Shown: piece after piece, positions 1 through 13,679 of the stretch
Numbering within the stretch: the first letter of the stretch is position 1
Layout: every line of letters starts with the position of its first letter
DNA from: Eledone cirrhosa
Taxonomy: Eukaryota
Direction of reading: 5' to 3'
DNA: 64,000 bases
NCBI GenBank assembly: GCA_964016885.1
Contig: OZ024741.1
Coordinates: 380,742,001-380,806,000 of the forward strand
Program-made: the position numbers and the translations under genes
Notes under the pieces: model-generated
The model's input: the letters and a program-made list of their open reading frames with translations, nothing else
Database searches by the model: none
What the model was told of the DNA's origin: nothing

Positions 1-580
1 CGCATTGTTTTCTAAAAATAATTTTGCAAAATAGGAAATTTAGAAAAAAAAGTAAGGTTAAGAGATTAAGGGAATCGAAATTTAACAAAAAAAGGAAATA
101 ATATTATATAAATAATTAAATATAGATATGTAATAAAACGAATGAAGAAATAAAATATAATTATAAAAATTTTCAAATTTACCCCCTCCCCAACTCAGGA
201 AAAAAATAAAATAAAAGAGTTTCCTCTATTCGAACACAGATGTCATAGAAATATTTTTATGAAATGGTGTTTTAGAGAAGAAAAATCAATTGTTAGGACG
301 AATGATCATAAATGTACATTTTTCAATGTGTAATTGGAAGAATGAGGAATAAATATTTTTAGAAAATGGAAATCAGGCGTTTTAATGATTGCAATATTTT
401 CAGACTTAAAGGACGGAGAGTTTATTTTAGCTTCAAATAATATAAGTGAGCTTATTTAATAAAAAAAAAAAATTAACTATAATTTTGATGATGATTTTAA
501 TGTCCAATTCATTTTCAGATTTTATATTGTATATTGAAATTCAGCTGTATGTAAGCCAAGACACACACATGCATACATAC

Positions 581-584
<4 letters not shown>

Positions 585-659
<75 letters not shown>

Positions 660-962
660 GAGTGCGATTATGTGTACATGGAAATTTGCTTAAAACTATG
701 TTATATATATGCTGAAATGTCTCTACACTTACACAAATGTTCACAAATGCCTATTTACATATGGTCATACTCACACATGAATAGATAGCTTTGAGAAAAT
801 TAATGCTACAAATGGATAGACATTCCTGTGTGCAATTTAAATATATATGAATATATCATCATCATCTTCATTTAACATCTGCATTTCATACTCAATGTGT
901 ATATAAACATATAAACACAAACACAAAGACTCACATACATACACATACACATCATATATGTG

Positions 963-1016
<54 letters not shown>

Positions 1017-1099
1017 TAATGAGGGAGAGAGAGAGAGAAAGAGAGATAGAGACAGAGAGATGGAGACAGAGATAGAGAGATAATGAGAGAGAGAGATGG

Positions 1100-1150
<51 letters not shown>
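585..1150. repeat. (TA)n and (GA)n microsatellites
   Basis: (TA)n ~585-660 and imperfect (GA)n ~968-1150; they explain the IY/SL/RE ORFs in the track. Confidence 0.95.
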
Positions 1151-1156
<6 letters not shown>

Positions 1157-2026
1157 GAATTATGTTGCAGTATATTTGTATCAGTGTATTCTCTTTTACA
1201 TATATGTAATCTATAGAATATATACATGCACATCCATATATATATATATAATGTCCAATTTTCCAATACTTTGATTTTGCCAACTTTCTTGGTGCCAAAC
1301 CAGTCTCAGGCAGTCATCTGAGGATGACTTTTCCAAGCTAAAACAAATTCTATATTTGTAAGATTTATTCAGATAAAAGAATTCAAAATTAAGTGTGGGT
1401 TAATGTGCCATGTAGCATTTAGGCATGACCTTTATAATCTGAGCTCAAATCCCAGAAGGGTCACATTTGCTTATTATTTGTCTGTGGTCAATAAAATAAT
1501 GTACAATTCAATTTAGTTGACTATACCTGCCACCAGAATATGTGTTTTTGTACCTGTTAGAAATCAATAATTCATTCAAAAAGAATTATGGCTGGATAAC
1601 CACAGAAATATTGGCAGGAGCAGAAAATGAAATTCCGTGAAGATTTTAATTTTGGACATATATGCAAGATGCAAAGATAAGATTGTAGCATCACTTGTGT
1701 CTCTAAATATATATAACCTTGAACCTCAGTTCATGAACTTAATTTGTTGCTGAAGGCAGTTCGTCATCCAAAATGTTTGTAAACCGAAACTATTTTCCCA
1801 TGCAAAATTTTGTGAGAGAAATGCAGAGAGAGAGACTGTGTGAAAGACACATAGATATCACCATAGTAATTAACTACACAGCAAGTGACACTTTCCCACC
1901 AATAATGGCTTGCATGTTCATGACTTGAGACATCGTTTGTAAACTGAGAGGCGTTATGTTGGAAAAGATTGTTTGTGAGTCAATTTATTCATGATGTGAG
2001 GCATTTGGGAACCATATATATATAAA

Positions 2027-2062
<36 letters not shown>

Positions 2063-2734
2063 ACATTTAGTCTTGATTTCTCCAGAATACCATTCCACTT
2101 TTGTCACAATTTTTCATTTTATCTCATCTGTTCCTTCCCTTAGATTGTTCTAAAGAACCCTCACCCCACCCCAAAAAAGGACACAAATCCTCCATGCTTC
2201 CTTTCACCGACACCTGCACCCCTCCTCTCACTTCATATACGATTATAAGTTCAAGGAAGTTTATATAGGGCCCTATCATTCGTTCATACATCAAATGTAA
2301 TATAAACTCTAGCTTTTTCTTTCCAACTAGGTCCATCAAACACATTACTTTTCAGGTCAAACAACTTATTTCGTCCATACTACATGTTTCCTTCTCTTTC
2401 GTCATCTCCCATTCCACTCCCTTTGACCTCCTCACTCCACCATAGCCACATAGACAAATCAAAACACTGCTGCACAAATATATTTCAACTGTTAACTCAA
2501 TATCTATCACATTAAACACTGTTATTTCTAATATAGTTTTTATGGGCCTAATGTTGTTCTGTATGGCAAATGGATTACAAAGTTGGAGCATTTTTAAAGA
2601 TGTATTTGAACCCACCACCTCCACCAGGTGACCACGCAAATGCTCTTCTTTATTTCAGACATGGAAAACTAACTTCATCTTTCACACCCCCTCCAAATTT
2701 TTACTTTCTTCCTCCCACTCTTCTGGATAGAAAT

Positions 2735-3110
2735 TCGAGCTGGCACCATCAGTGTAGGCATGAAGAAAGAAAGATCTGGAGAGATTGTAGAGATGCTTGA
2801 ATGAAAGAAAATTGATTGTGTGCTGTGTACAAGAGACTAGATGGAGGAGAATGTCAGCTAGAATTTTTGTGAGCAAAAAACGATGCTACAAATGTTTTCT
2901 GGTTAGGACATGACAATGGACTGGGTGGAGTAGGGATTTTGGTAACAGAAAAATGTCTAGACAATGTAATTACTGTAAATAGAGAGAACAACATAATCAT
3001 TAAACATAGACTTGCACTAAATAGAGTAATTGTGACAATCATATCTGCTCATCAATCTGGACATGTTCTATGAGTCCCTAATGCTAACTTCCACCCGTAT
3101 AAACGATAGT
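2735..3110 (+). mobile_element. Decayed RTE LINE fragment (APE endonuclease N-terminus)
   Basis: Translates SGEIVEMLE*K..CCVQETRWR..GGVGIL, aligning by eye to the start of the RTE ORF at 52560-52950. Confidence 0.8.
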
Positions 3111-3114
3111 ATTG

Positions 3115-4130
3115 GTGCCACCTCCCTCCCATGAACAGCTTGACTCCTTTCCTTGTTTTCAGGATTTTCATCCTGCCCTCAATTTCACCATCTGTGACTT
3201 CAACTCTTCAGCCCAATTTCCTGACATCACTGTCTATCGACTACACACATCATACATTTTCTACCTCCATCTTCTATAATAAGCCCACAGATTTCCACTC
3301 CTAACTCATCTTTACCTTCTCCCATCCCACCAACACCAAACCCTACTCCCACTCCTCCATCTTCATCAGCTCTGTAGCCAGGACCACAATTTTGAGATTC
3401 AGTCCCAACTCATGGCGTCCTGCTACATCCAGCATTAATATCCTCTACCCTGATCCAAGATTCCCTCACCCCTGCTAGTGAAACCGAACGTAACGCTGCC
3501 CTTTCACCCCACCACCACCCTCCCAATACCTGCCTTCCTTTACCCCTCACCTACCACCCCATCACCTTACCTCTCATATCCTCCTATGCTTCTGCCCACT
3601 CTCTCCTGATCCCATTACTTCTCGCTTTTTCCCAAACACACCCATTACCGCCTCTAAGTGTGCCTGTAATCTCCACAACCTCCTGGTATGCAGTTCATTC
3701 CCTTCCTCTCCTAAGACACCACCTGGCTCCCGTCCCGGTTCTCGTAACTCCTGTAACACTTGTGCTTTCATTTCTGACCTCACCATTCTCATAGGACTAA
3801 TAGTTCCTTCTGTAACTGCCACTCAATCACCTGTATAACCACCCTATGCCCTCCAGTCTTATCTTTGTGGATCGATATTCATTGGACGAACAGGCCACCA
3901 TCGGGTGGACCATTTTGCTGAACACTTCAGAGTCATATGACTCAACATGGATACCCCTATTGCTCATCATTTCTGTTCCCCAGGCCACTCCACCCTACAT
4001 GTCTCAGTTCTTAGTGTCATATATATGGCACTATGCAGTATACAGAAGACTCGCCTTCACATATGCATGAGCTGAGGCATATATCTAGTATGCAACACCT
4101 TCCCTACTATCACCCCTCCTGTACACCTCC
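3115..4130 (+). pseudogene. Decayed Penelope-like element C-terminus (RT thumb + GIY-YIG), probably Neptune-type
   Basis: Frameshifted motifs KPTDFHS, PLPLTYHP, NLHNLLV, SCNTC, GRTG..DHFAEH, PIAHHF; C-rich sense strand. Confidence 0.65.
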
Positions 4131-4249
4131 CTTGCTGTATTCATCCCACCCTATACCTACCTCCTCAATTCCCCAGACATCTTCTCCACCCAAGTCCTCA
4201 ACCCACACCATAAAGTCGTCTCCCTGCATCCACAATAAAAGGGCGTATT

Positions 4250-4521
4250 CCACACTATAACGTGGCTGTTTAGGTGTCACAACAAAAGCGCCCAGTCCAC
4301 ACTGAAAAGTGGCCATGTAGGTATTAGGAATCATGTCTAAAGCACCCAGCACATATTGTTAATGTGGTTGGCATTAGGAAGGGCATCCAGCTGTAGAAAC
4401 AAAGACAAAATCAGTTCTGTGTGAGCGAATCACAGACATTCGACCTGGATCTCTCACAACAGGCAGCCTGTTCTATCCATGTTAGCGTAGAAAATGGTTG
4501 TTAAATGATGATGATGATGAT
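4250..4521 (+). mobile_element. RTE 3' UTR with (GAT)n tail
   Basis: Contains aggaagggcatccagctgtagaaa and the ccatgttagcgtagaa...(gat)n end shared with the long RTE copies. Confidence 0.85.
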
Positions 4522-4771
4522 ATTTTTATATATATCAATAAAAGACCTGAAGTTATATTCAGTTGATTCAGGTTTATTAAAATCTGTTATCACTGAGGAC
4601 CATCAGTTATGATATCCTGACTTCTTCAGGCAGCAAAATATATAAAAACAATGAAAGTTCCTAAAAGAACCTTTAAGTTTGGAAAAGTCCTGCAACGTTT
4701 TCGAGAAAGATTGTCTTTTCTTGATACAGAGGGCCGGCTGGATATGAGGTGTTGATTCTTCAATGGCTGGC

Positions 4772-4799
<28 letters not shown>

Positions 4800-4805
<6 letters not shown>

Positions 4806-5078
4806 TTTTCTCACTCACATCTCACCCATGTCGGATGGTCTGTATCTCTCGCCCATGAATTCACCAAGCTTAAGCTTACAGATTTCATGTGCTTGTCTCT
4901 TCCTATCTTTCCGTTGCCATACCATCGTTGTTTGTTTACATGTCTCGCTCGTTTCACCCTATTTTACTTGTCCCAATAACTTTATTTGTTATTGCTCACG
5001 CCAACTAGAGGTATATGATTTTTAAAGCGATGAAATACCAATGAAAGTTGGAAGATCACTGATGAAGGACAAATTTTA

Positions 5079-5121
<43 letters not shown>

Positions 5122-5375
5122 ATGTCATTACAACAGCAGAGGTCCAACGAACCTTTGATTCCAGAGTTGGGCCAGAGTGATACAGATCGAACCGTGAGCT
5201 GATCAATAGTGAACCATGCATCAATAATCGTAATGAAGGCTTAACAATACATCTTTGTATTATTATATTATTATATTACACTCTGTCTAGCTCTACACCT
5301 CACCACTGACTTGAACCTAAACATCGAGTGCTCACCTGGGTGAACCTACATTAACTCTGCGTTACACTCCCTGGA
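4800..5375 (+). mobile_element. Probable non-coding PLE terminal repeat
   Basis: Bounded by (TA)n; GATCA-CTGATGA at ~5054-5065 with TGATC downstream; GAGTGCT ~42 nt before the 3' end. Confidence 0.4.
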
Positions 5376-5393
5376 TATATATATATATATATT

Positions 5394-5793
5394 GTATTAA
5401 CAATTGTTTCATTGATCAGGTGAGTCTAAAGGCCACTAATCACTCGAAGTTGCGTCACTCGACCTTAAATACATGATGATGATGATTTGATCAGAGGTAA
5501 ACACTCTATGTAAGGTCCAGTGACGCAACATTGAGTGATTAGCAGCCTTTAGACTCACCTGATCAATGAAACAATTGTTAATACTAGAAATAAAAGCCTT
5601 TTTGTACAGTCGACCATGTTATTTTTCAATCTTTCACTATTATTACTCCAAGAATAACCTGCATAGGAATTATAGCGAACTCGCTACCTATCTATGGAAG
5701 CTTCTTGTTGAGTCAAACAAATCCGTACATTAAAACTATCCTCAATATGGAGTACTCCCAACCTCCCAACCTATAACGATAACTTGTTGTCCC
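5394..5793 (+). mobile_element. PLE fold-back unit: inverted repeat 5394-5467/5511-5584 plus tail
   Basis: ~74-bp imperfect inverted arms, degenerate hammerhead, GAGTACT at 5750, (TA)n flanks. Confidence 0.6.
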
Positions 5794-6564
5794 ATATATA
5801 TATATATTAATTATATACTCAGATAAATATGTGGATAGAAAACAGAAAGAGAAAAAACAAATTAGTGGGTGCAGAAACATTCATTATAATCTGTTTTACT
5901 TTGTCCTTTCTAGAACTTTCTCCTTAATTTTTCTTTGTGGGCGGGGGAGGGGGGGGGGGGGGTATCTTATTTTCCCAACATAATCTCTCAGAATCTTTTA
6001 ATTTCTGAGTTTCAACTAGTTTAAATCTGCCTTGATGAAATCCAAAGACAGAAATACCAGGTATCTGTAGAAAGTCATTTTAACTCATTTGATACCGACA
6101 CTGTCAAAACAGATTCTAGTTCTATGAAACAAATTCACACATTTTAATGCCATCTTAATTGAAATTAACATATTTCAACATTATTTCATATAAGAACAAT
6201 ATCTTAATTTATTATCTTACTAATGTAATAATTAATAATTTTCTTAAATTATATTAATTAATTAATTAATTGAAATAGAGTGTGATTCATTAAAAGTATG
6301 GTCCCAAAGAGATTGATCTTAATAAACAAATTGAATTTTACTATTTCTGTTTCTAAAAGTCAACAAGAAATATGGATTCTTTTTGTTTTTCTGTGATGGC
6401 TGTTATTATAGAGACAACTTTCTCTCTCCTCTGAAAATGTTTATGAATGAACCAATATAAGTCAACAATTTATTCAGATAAAATGAAAGACTTTGTGATA
6501 TTTAGTTATATATGTTTATGTCTTGTGTTTTAAACTCATGATGATCTATTATAATTTAATTCGC

Positions 6565-6778
6565 AGGGATTGCCAGGAAATCCCAGTAGAAGGAAACCTT
6601 AGTAGAGATAAGCCGAGAAAGATATGGGCAGAGGTGGTGAGAGCTGATTGCAAATAAATGAGACTCACAGAGAAGATGATGAAGGAACACAATGACTGGA
6701 GAGATGCTGTGCTGAAAAAGACTAATCCAATCAATGCAAGCATAGAATAACGAATGTAAAAACGATGATGATGATGAT
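6565..6778 (+). mobile_element. Old RTE 3' fragment
   Basis: G..SRDKPRKIWAEVV-like C-terminal motif and (GAT)n tail. Confidence 0.65.
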
Positions 6779-8284
6779 CTGAGATGCTTTATAGGAATTT
6801 TAAATCAACCATAGTAGAGTGGTTTATTCAAAATCACCTAGATTTGGTTCTACTGCATAGCATCTAGGGCATGTGTCCTCTGGGTAATCTAACCCTTGTG
6901 AGTGAAATTTGGGAAGCAGAAATTGTTTGGAGGCCTGTGAAATGGATTGTAACAGCAATTCAGAGGGCCAGTCATGTTACATATATATGCTTAATCTTCC
7001 TGAGATATAGGTTAAGAGTAATTATATCTGTGAAATACATTACCTCTTACATGTTAATTTAACTGTTCCATTGATTTAATAACTTGGACACTCATTTTCA
7101 AAACTATTGGCAGAGCATTTTATTCCATGTCAAACCATATACAAGTATTTTATAGATACCTGGAGGATGAAAGACAAAAGTGATTTGGCAATATTCTAAA
7201 ACAGACTATAAAAACCTATAACTAATTAACATAGTTATTATGTCCAATTCATTAACAATTCTGCTAATCCAACTTATGTTTTCATTTATCAAGAGTAAAA
7301 TGAAAAGTACCAATACCATGCTAGGGGTCAGTTTAATCTGCTTTATTTAAAGAAACAGAAGGAACAGAAAAGGTTGAATGCCAGATTAGGTGGCTTGTAG
7401 TATTTATTTGTCTGTTCTGAGATCAAATCTTTCTAGAACATTACTGGGATTTACATATTTTTGAAAGCAATAAAACTGGTTAAATAAAACTTGGGAGCAG
7501 TAATTTCTGGAATCAATAAAACTTGGTTAAATCAATTGTACATATCCCATAAAAGAAGTGGAGTGTTAGCCAACAAGACAATTTATATTGCTAGAAATAG
7601 CAGCCAATTCATCATTAAACCAAACTTTAACATCTTCAAAACAAATCAAATAAAAATATAAAAGAAATTGAATAACATGGTTAATATACTATTAGGTACA
7701 CTACTTGAAAATATGATGGAATGGTCATAAGTAGAGCATAAAGTCTTCTTGAACAGAGCTAAATTGTCACTCAACAACAACTACAACATGAGCCACAAAT
7801 AGGGGTTAAAGCAGCAGAAATCAATATTTATTCAAACAATGTTATTAGAGAATATTTACTTTTACAATCATTTTCAAAAATTCTTCCAAATCAATAGATT
7901 TAATTTGCGTGTAAAACAAATAATTCTACAATCCAGGTAGTGCAGCATCCAAACATAATTTCATTTAAAAAGAAAATCAAGATTCAAAAAACCTAGCATT
8001 GATTTATTCTAAGACATTTCTGTAACTGGTTTAAATTCTGTATATATCCTTTGAGAAAGAAACTTGAATGGTAGTATCCCATTACAATTTAGCAACCACT
8101 TGAAAGTGAATCTTTAACAAAAATTGGTTGTATCTATAGTACATACATATAAATACTACACACACACACATACATATATATGTATTGATAGTTATCTTTA
8201 ATACAAAAGGGTTACTAGCGCTAATTACTAACTGTGCATGTGGCTTAAATTGTGCATCTGCACATACATATGCTAAGATGGCCA

Positions 8285-8321
<37 letters not shown>

Positions 8322-8322
<1 letters not shown>

Positions 8323-8958
8323 GCATTTGTGAGTGAATAATAATAATATTATTGATATTCGATTGGTTTGCAAGCAAAAACATTCATAACGCCATGCGTT
8401 CTAGACAACTAGCATCATCCGCTTGTTCCAGCAGTAGCAGAGAGAAATAATCTACATTTCTCTCAGAGTTATTGCCCTTTATCAAGATTGTGTATCTCTC
8501 CTGTTTCTGCTACACACTAGAACTCTTGAGAATAAAATGTATTCTCTGAAGTATACCTTCACTGAATAGCCCTAATTTGCATACAAAGCAATTTTACGGC
8601 TGTAATAAGAGATTTGTTCGTTCTAACATAGGGGATACATAAATGCATTCGTGAGTGAGTAATTATAATATTATAATAATATTATTGATATTCGATTGGT
8701 TTGCAAGCAAACAGCCTCATAAGGGGCAATAACCCTGAAACAATCATAGATTGTTTTACTGTCTGCTACTGCTGGAACAAAAGGATGACATTAGTCATCT
8801 AGAATAGGTGACATGAGGGTGTTTGCTTGCAAATGAATCAAATAGTAATAATTGTTTCTACTTTAGGCACAAGGCCAGAAAATTACCCAGTGCATTACTG
8901 ATACTTTTATTTTATCGACCCCCCAGCTAAAGAAAATACAACACACACACACACACAT

Positions 8959-8996
<38 letters not shown>

Positions 8997-9283
8997 AAAA
9001 TTTGTTTCTGCTCTAACATAGCAGATATGTAAATGTATTTGTGAATGAATAATAATTGTTTCTACTTTAGGCACAAGGCCAGCAATTACCCAGTGCATTA
9101 CTGGTGCTTTATTTTATCGACCCTGTAAGGATAAAAGGCAAAGTCAACCTCGGCGGGATTTGAACTCAGATCGTAAAGGGACGTAACTATGCTGGAAAGC
9201 ATGGCGTCCGACCCTCTACCGATACTGCCATTATCAAATAGTAATAATGTTATCATTATATCATTATTATTCACTCACAAATG
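8322..9283. mobile_element. MITE-like element(s) with inverted termini, interrupted by a SINE
   Basis: catttgtgagtgaataataat at 8324 (similar at 8646) vs attattattcactcacaaatg at 9263-9283; 8360-8480 recurs inverted at 8720-8850. Confidence 0.55.
8853..9232 (-). mobile_element. tRNA-derived SINE interrupted by an inverted duplication
   Basis: 16-bp TSD atcaaatagtaataat at 8837-8852 and 9233-9248; A/B boxes on the minus strand. Confidence 0.85.
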
Positions 9284-9466
9284 GTGGTGGATTGGCAGTA
9301 TCGGTAGAGGATCGGACGCCATGTTTTCCAGCATAGTTACGTCCCTTTACGATCTGAGTTCAAATCCCGCCGAGGTTGACTTTGCCTTTTATCCTTACAG
9401 GGTCGATAAAATAAAGCACCAGTAATGCACTGGGTAATTGCTGGCCTTGTGCCTAAAGTAGAAACA
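9284..9466 (+). mobile_element. tRNA-derived SINE (Meta/MESC-like central domain)
   Basis: A box TGGCAGTATCGG, B box GAGTTCAAATCC, central gactttgcctt..atcctt..gggtcgataaaataaag.acc; ~20-bp TSD attattattca(c/t)tcacaaat. Confidence 0.9.
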
Positions 9467-9529
9467 ATTATTATTCATTCACAAATACATTTACATATCT
9501 GCTATGTTAGAGCAGAAACAAATTTTGTT

Positions 9530-9560
<31 letters not shown>

Positions 9561-9879
9561 ATGTGTGTGTGTGTGTGTTGTATTTTCTTTAGCTGGAAAA
9601 CAAAGAGACAATTGATGTATGTTAGTTGTGGTTAATCATTTGAGCATATATTTTCTAATATGGTTCAGTTTAATTAAAAAAATGTTTCATTCTAATCACC
9701 ACCACCATCACCAGGAACTACTATCACTGCTTGCTATAAGGGTTCTCTCCCTCACAGTGAAAGGCACATTGTATAATGTGTGTAAATGCAATGCTACATG
9801 GTTGTAAAACATAGTTTAATGGATGGGGAACTCATACATTAGAAAATAATGAGGTTAGCATAGTTTGATTGATGTATAA

Positions 9880-10645
9880 TTGTAGTATACATGAACAACA
9901 AAGTCTGAATGAGCTGAAAGTTAAACTGGATGTAAGAGGTATTGTTTGCAGTTTGCAGGAGAGGAGACAGTGATGTTATGGACATGTGATGCATATGAAG
10001 GATCAGAGTTACATAAAGAATTGCAGAGTGCTTCAAGCCAAAGGGATCTTTGAAGAGGAAGGCTTTGGAAAACATAGGACGATGATGTAGTGGTTGAACT
10101 CCTACATCTGAATCTCACAAATGATATGACTCAGATTTGAGAAAACTGGTGATATTCTATAATAAAGAGAACTCACTTTCCCATGCAAGTGGAATGAAGC
10201 AGCACAAAGAGGATAGGAAACCCCATACTACCCTTAACCATAACATTATATACGTGGTTGGGGGAAAAGAAACTCCCTATTGAAAATTGCTTATAACTTT
10301 TCATCTCATGTAACCACTTGGGACAACATCAATGATCTTATATTCATGCAAGATGGGGCCCCTTCTCATTTTGCATGCACTGTCTGTGATTGGCTTGATG
10401 CCCAGGATGTTGTCTAAGTCATCGAGGTCCATATCAATGGCCAGCAAGAAGCCCTGATGTAATGACGTGATTTTTTTCCTGTGGGTGGGCAAAGGAAAAC
10501 CAAAAACTTTGACTCAATTAGAGGAACACATTAATAATGTCCTGACAAACATAACACCTGAGTTCCTGATGAAGTCAGTTGAGAATATAACCAGGTGATT
10601 ACAACAACGGATGTGCAATGCTGATGCCTATGTAGAATATTGACA
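9880..10645 (+). pseudogene. Decayed Tc1/mariner-superfamily transposase (possibly DD41D-like)
   Basis: MQDGAPSHF..V.DWL from 10346; WPARSPD at 10438-10458; C-terminal KPKTLTQLEEHI. Confidence 0.7.
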
Positions 10646-10681
10646 ATGTACAGTACTTCTATCATTATATGGTTAAAAAAA

Positions 10682-10869
10682 GGGCGGTGGATTGGCAATA
10701 TCATTAGAGTGTCGGACACCATGCTGCTTTGACGCATAGAGTTACGGCCCTTGCCATTCTAAGTTCAAATCCCGCCGAGGTTAACTTTGCCTTTCATCCT
10801 TACGGGGTCAATAAAATAAAGTACCAGTAATGCTCTGGATAATTGCTGGCTGTGCCAAAAGTAGAAAAA
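10682..10869 (+). mobile_element. tRNA-derived SINE, same family
   Basis: Full-length match to the 9284 copy; TSD ttatatggtt(a/c)aaaa on both sides. Confidence 0.9.
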
Positions 10870-11218
10870 TTATATGGTTCAAAATAAAACATGCTTAATG
10901 AAAATTGACCAATAATTATTAAAGTTATTAACAATTTTAAAAAAGGATTTTATTTCTACCCAATCTGTATATATCATCATGATCATATATATACGATTGG
11001 AAGGTTGGTAAAATCGAAGTTGTGATGGTCGGCCAAACTCTGTGGTAGAACAAAAATTTGGATTTGCATGAAGCACTCCATAAGAATGTATCGATAAATT
11101 GATAGGTTACATCTTAGAGGCATAAACATGTTAGATAGGATGACAAATTGAAAACTGTGGTTAAAGGGACAAAGCCAGAGAACCCACCACAACAACGAAA
11201 ATACAATCAGGTTAAATA

Positions 11219-11275
<57 letters not shown>

Positions 11276-11280
11276 CAAGA

Positions 11281-11720
11281 AGACCCAAGAAGACCTGGCA
11301 TGAGGTGATAAAGGCCAACCTTACCCAATCAGGTAATCAAGAGCAATGACACACGACCGTGACCTCTGGCGTCACGCAGTAATACAGAAGACACAACCCC
11401 TCACAGGAACAAGCCGAAGCTGAAGCATATAGACAATATGCCCCACACCCTCCCACTGCAAAGTGGTCGTGGAGGAGCCACGGCAAAAAAGCACCCAGCC
11501 CACACTGTAAAGTGGACGTGTAGGCGCACGGAAAAAAGCACCCAGCACTCACTGTAAATGAGGTTGGTGTTAGGAAGGGCATCCAGCTGTATAAATCAAG
11601 CGAGAATCAGTTCCTGTATGAGCAAGACAAAGTCAGTCGACTGGACACTGCTCACAACACGACAACCCGTCTAACCCAGGCTAGCGTGGAAGAACGGACG
11701 TAAAACGATGATGATGATGA

Positions 11721-11724
<4 letters not shown>
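11281..11724 (+). mobile_element. RTE 3' end, 5'-truncated
   Basis: RPKKTW motif, 3' UTR modules, (GAT)n tail; inserted in (TA)n. Confidence 0.9.
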
Positions 11725-11771
<47 letters not shown>

Positions 11772-13048
11772 CATGTGTGTGTATGCATGTGTGTGTATGC
11801 GTGTGTGTGTGCGTCTGTGTGTGTGTATGTGTGTATGCATGTATATATATGAGAAAATGAGAGATGCTTTTCCCTTTTACTGGTTGTAGGGTTATAGTTA
11901 TTTGTTTGAATACACGTGATGCTGCGATAGGAGTATATTTATGAATGACCTCATGTCTTTCTTACTGCAAATAACAGAAGTATGGAACCTGTTTACCAAC
12001 CAAACATGTATAGGAACACAAACTGATATCCAGCCCAGGTATAAAGCAAGATTATGACTGCACTAATATTTGAAATCAATAGTCTACAAAAGCCATTGCA
12101 CTTCTGTTCATATTTTAAAACTAAATACTAAAACTACTGCAAATAAATAATGTAAATTTGATACCTCACAAGAGACAGTGTTATTTAGTGGTGTAGTTGC
12201 TCACTGAAATATGTTTATTCTTCCTACAACACCTTGTATTTCCCCAAAAGATGTATATATATGTCTTTCGTTATAAATGTTCAACTACAACAGTTAATAT
12301 TTTGCTTCAAGTCTCAGTCTTAGTTGTACAAAGGTCATGAAAATGAGAATGCAGCTGTTTCTTACACCTGTTTTAAACTATTTAAACTATTTTGCCAGCT
12401 AAACAAAAACATTGAATTTATTTAATAACAAACGATCCTACTATTACACTGGTAAGGAAGTAGAAGTTGTCTGTGTCTAGCTAAAGGCTTGAAATGAAAT
12501 TCCGCTTGTTGTTGTATTTGTTTGTATCATCACTCCACTACTATTGCTGCTATACTCAATTGATGTTAACATATATTTAACTCTTTCAAACCCATTTATG
12601 TAAAGAGGTAATATGTAGATATGTCTTACTACTCTAAACCGTGAAAGTGGTCAGCTATTTCACTATCTGCCATTGCTAAGCTGAAATTCTCTATCAGCAA
12701 TATAACTAGACCATCTTTTCTTATGGGATTAGTTTGCAGGTTTAACCTACAGCTACTAAAAACCCTTTAAGATTAGTGAAGACACCACAGTTAACAGCTA
12801 CAAAAACAAAAACATGGTCAAATATGGTATACTTGAGGACTAACATTCTGGGATATTAGGAATGCCTGTATTCATTAATACAATGACTAATGGATGGGCA
12901 TAATATAATTGGTAAAAGCATGGATGATGGGTGAGTTGGAAGTGCATGAGAGGAAGTAGACCAAGAACAGTTAACTATAAGAAGTGGAGGACACTATGAA
13001 GTATTGGTAGAGATATAGATAGATACAGAATGAGAGGGAGAAGGAGAG

Positions 13049-13089
<41 letters not shown>

Positions 13090-13679
13090 TGCATGCAAGG
13101 TGTTACATTTGTGGTGGTAAACATTAGAATAGTTCAAGAGATAATTAACCTTTTTGATACCAAACCTTCTAAAACTGCTGCTGGTTCTATGTTCAGAACT
13201 GTCTGCCTTAAACATTATCATAATTATCATCATTATCACCATTATCACTATTTAATATCTATTTTCCTTGTGTACATGGGTTAGATTGGCTGTCACATTC
13301 TGAGGCTTAACCAATTGTATAACCACCTGACCACCACTTTTATGGGTGGGACTGGGTGCTTTTTTGTCATGGTACCAGCATAATAACTTTACAGGGTAGA
13401 CAGGGTGCAATTTATTGTGCTTCCAGCATAGCTTCATGCTTATCTAAAAACATTCCATCTTATTCATGTAAGAATCTTTTTTAATTATGTTCTAAACACT
13501 AGCCTAATAATGAATCTCACCAAAGCTTTTCATTCTTCAAAAAGAGTATTTGAAAATCATAGACACTGGTTTACATTAGAAATAGGGTAATGAAAGTGAT
13601 CTACTTTGGGATGGTATACATTTTTATTGAAAAAGTACCTCTGGAAATAGGGACTTCATGATTCAGAAAATAGATTACA

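Noticed and set aside
446-1298. ORFs rich in IY, SL, RE, poly-V/T/Y here and elsewhere
   Set aside because: They are translations of microsatellites.
4535-4775. Minus-strand hammerhead at CTGAAGA (4623-4629)
   Set aside because: Stem II is plausible but GAAA and stem I are not intact; too degenerate to call.
9284-9370. tRNA genes
   Set aside because: A/B boxes belong to multi-copy SINE heads with TSDs; no full cloverleaf.
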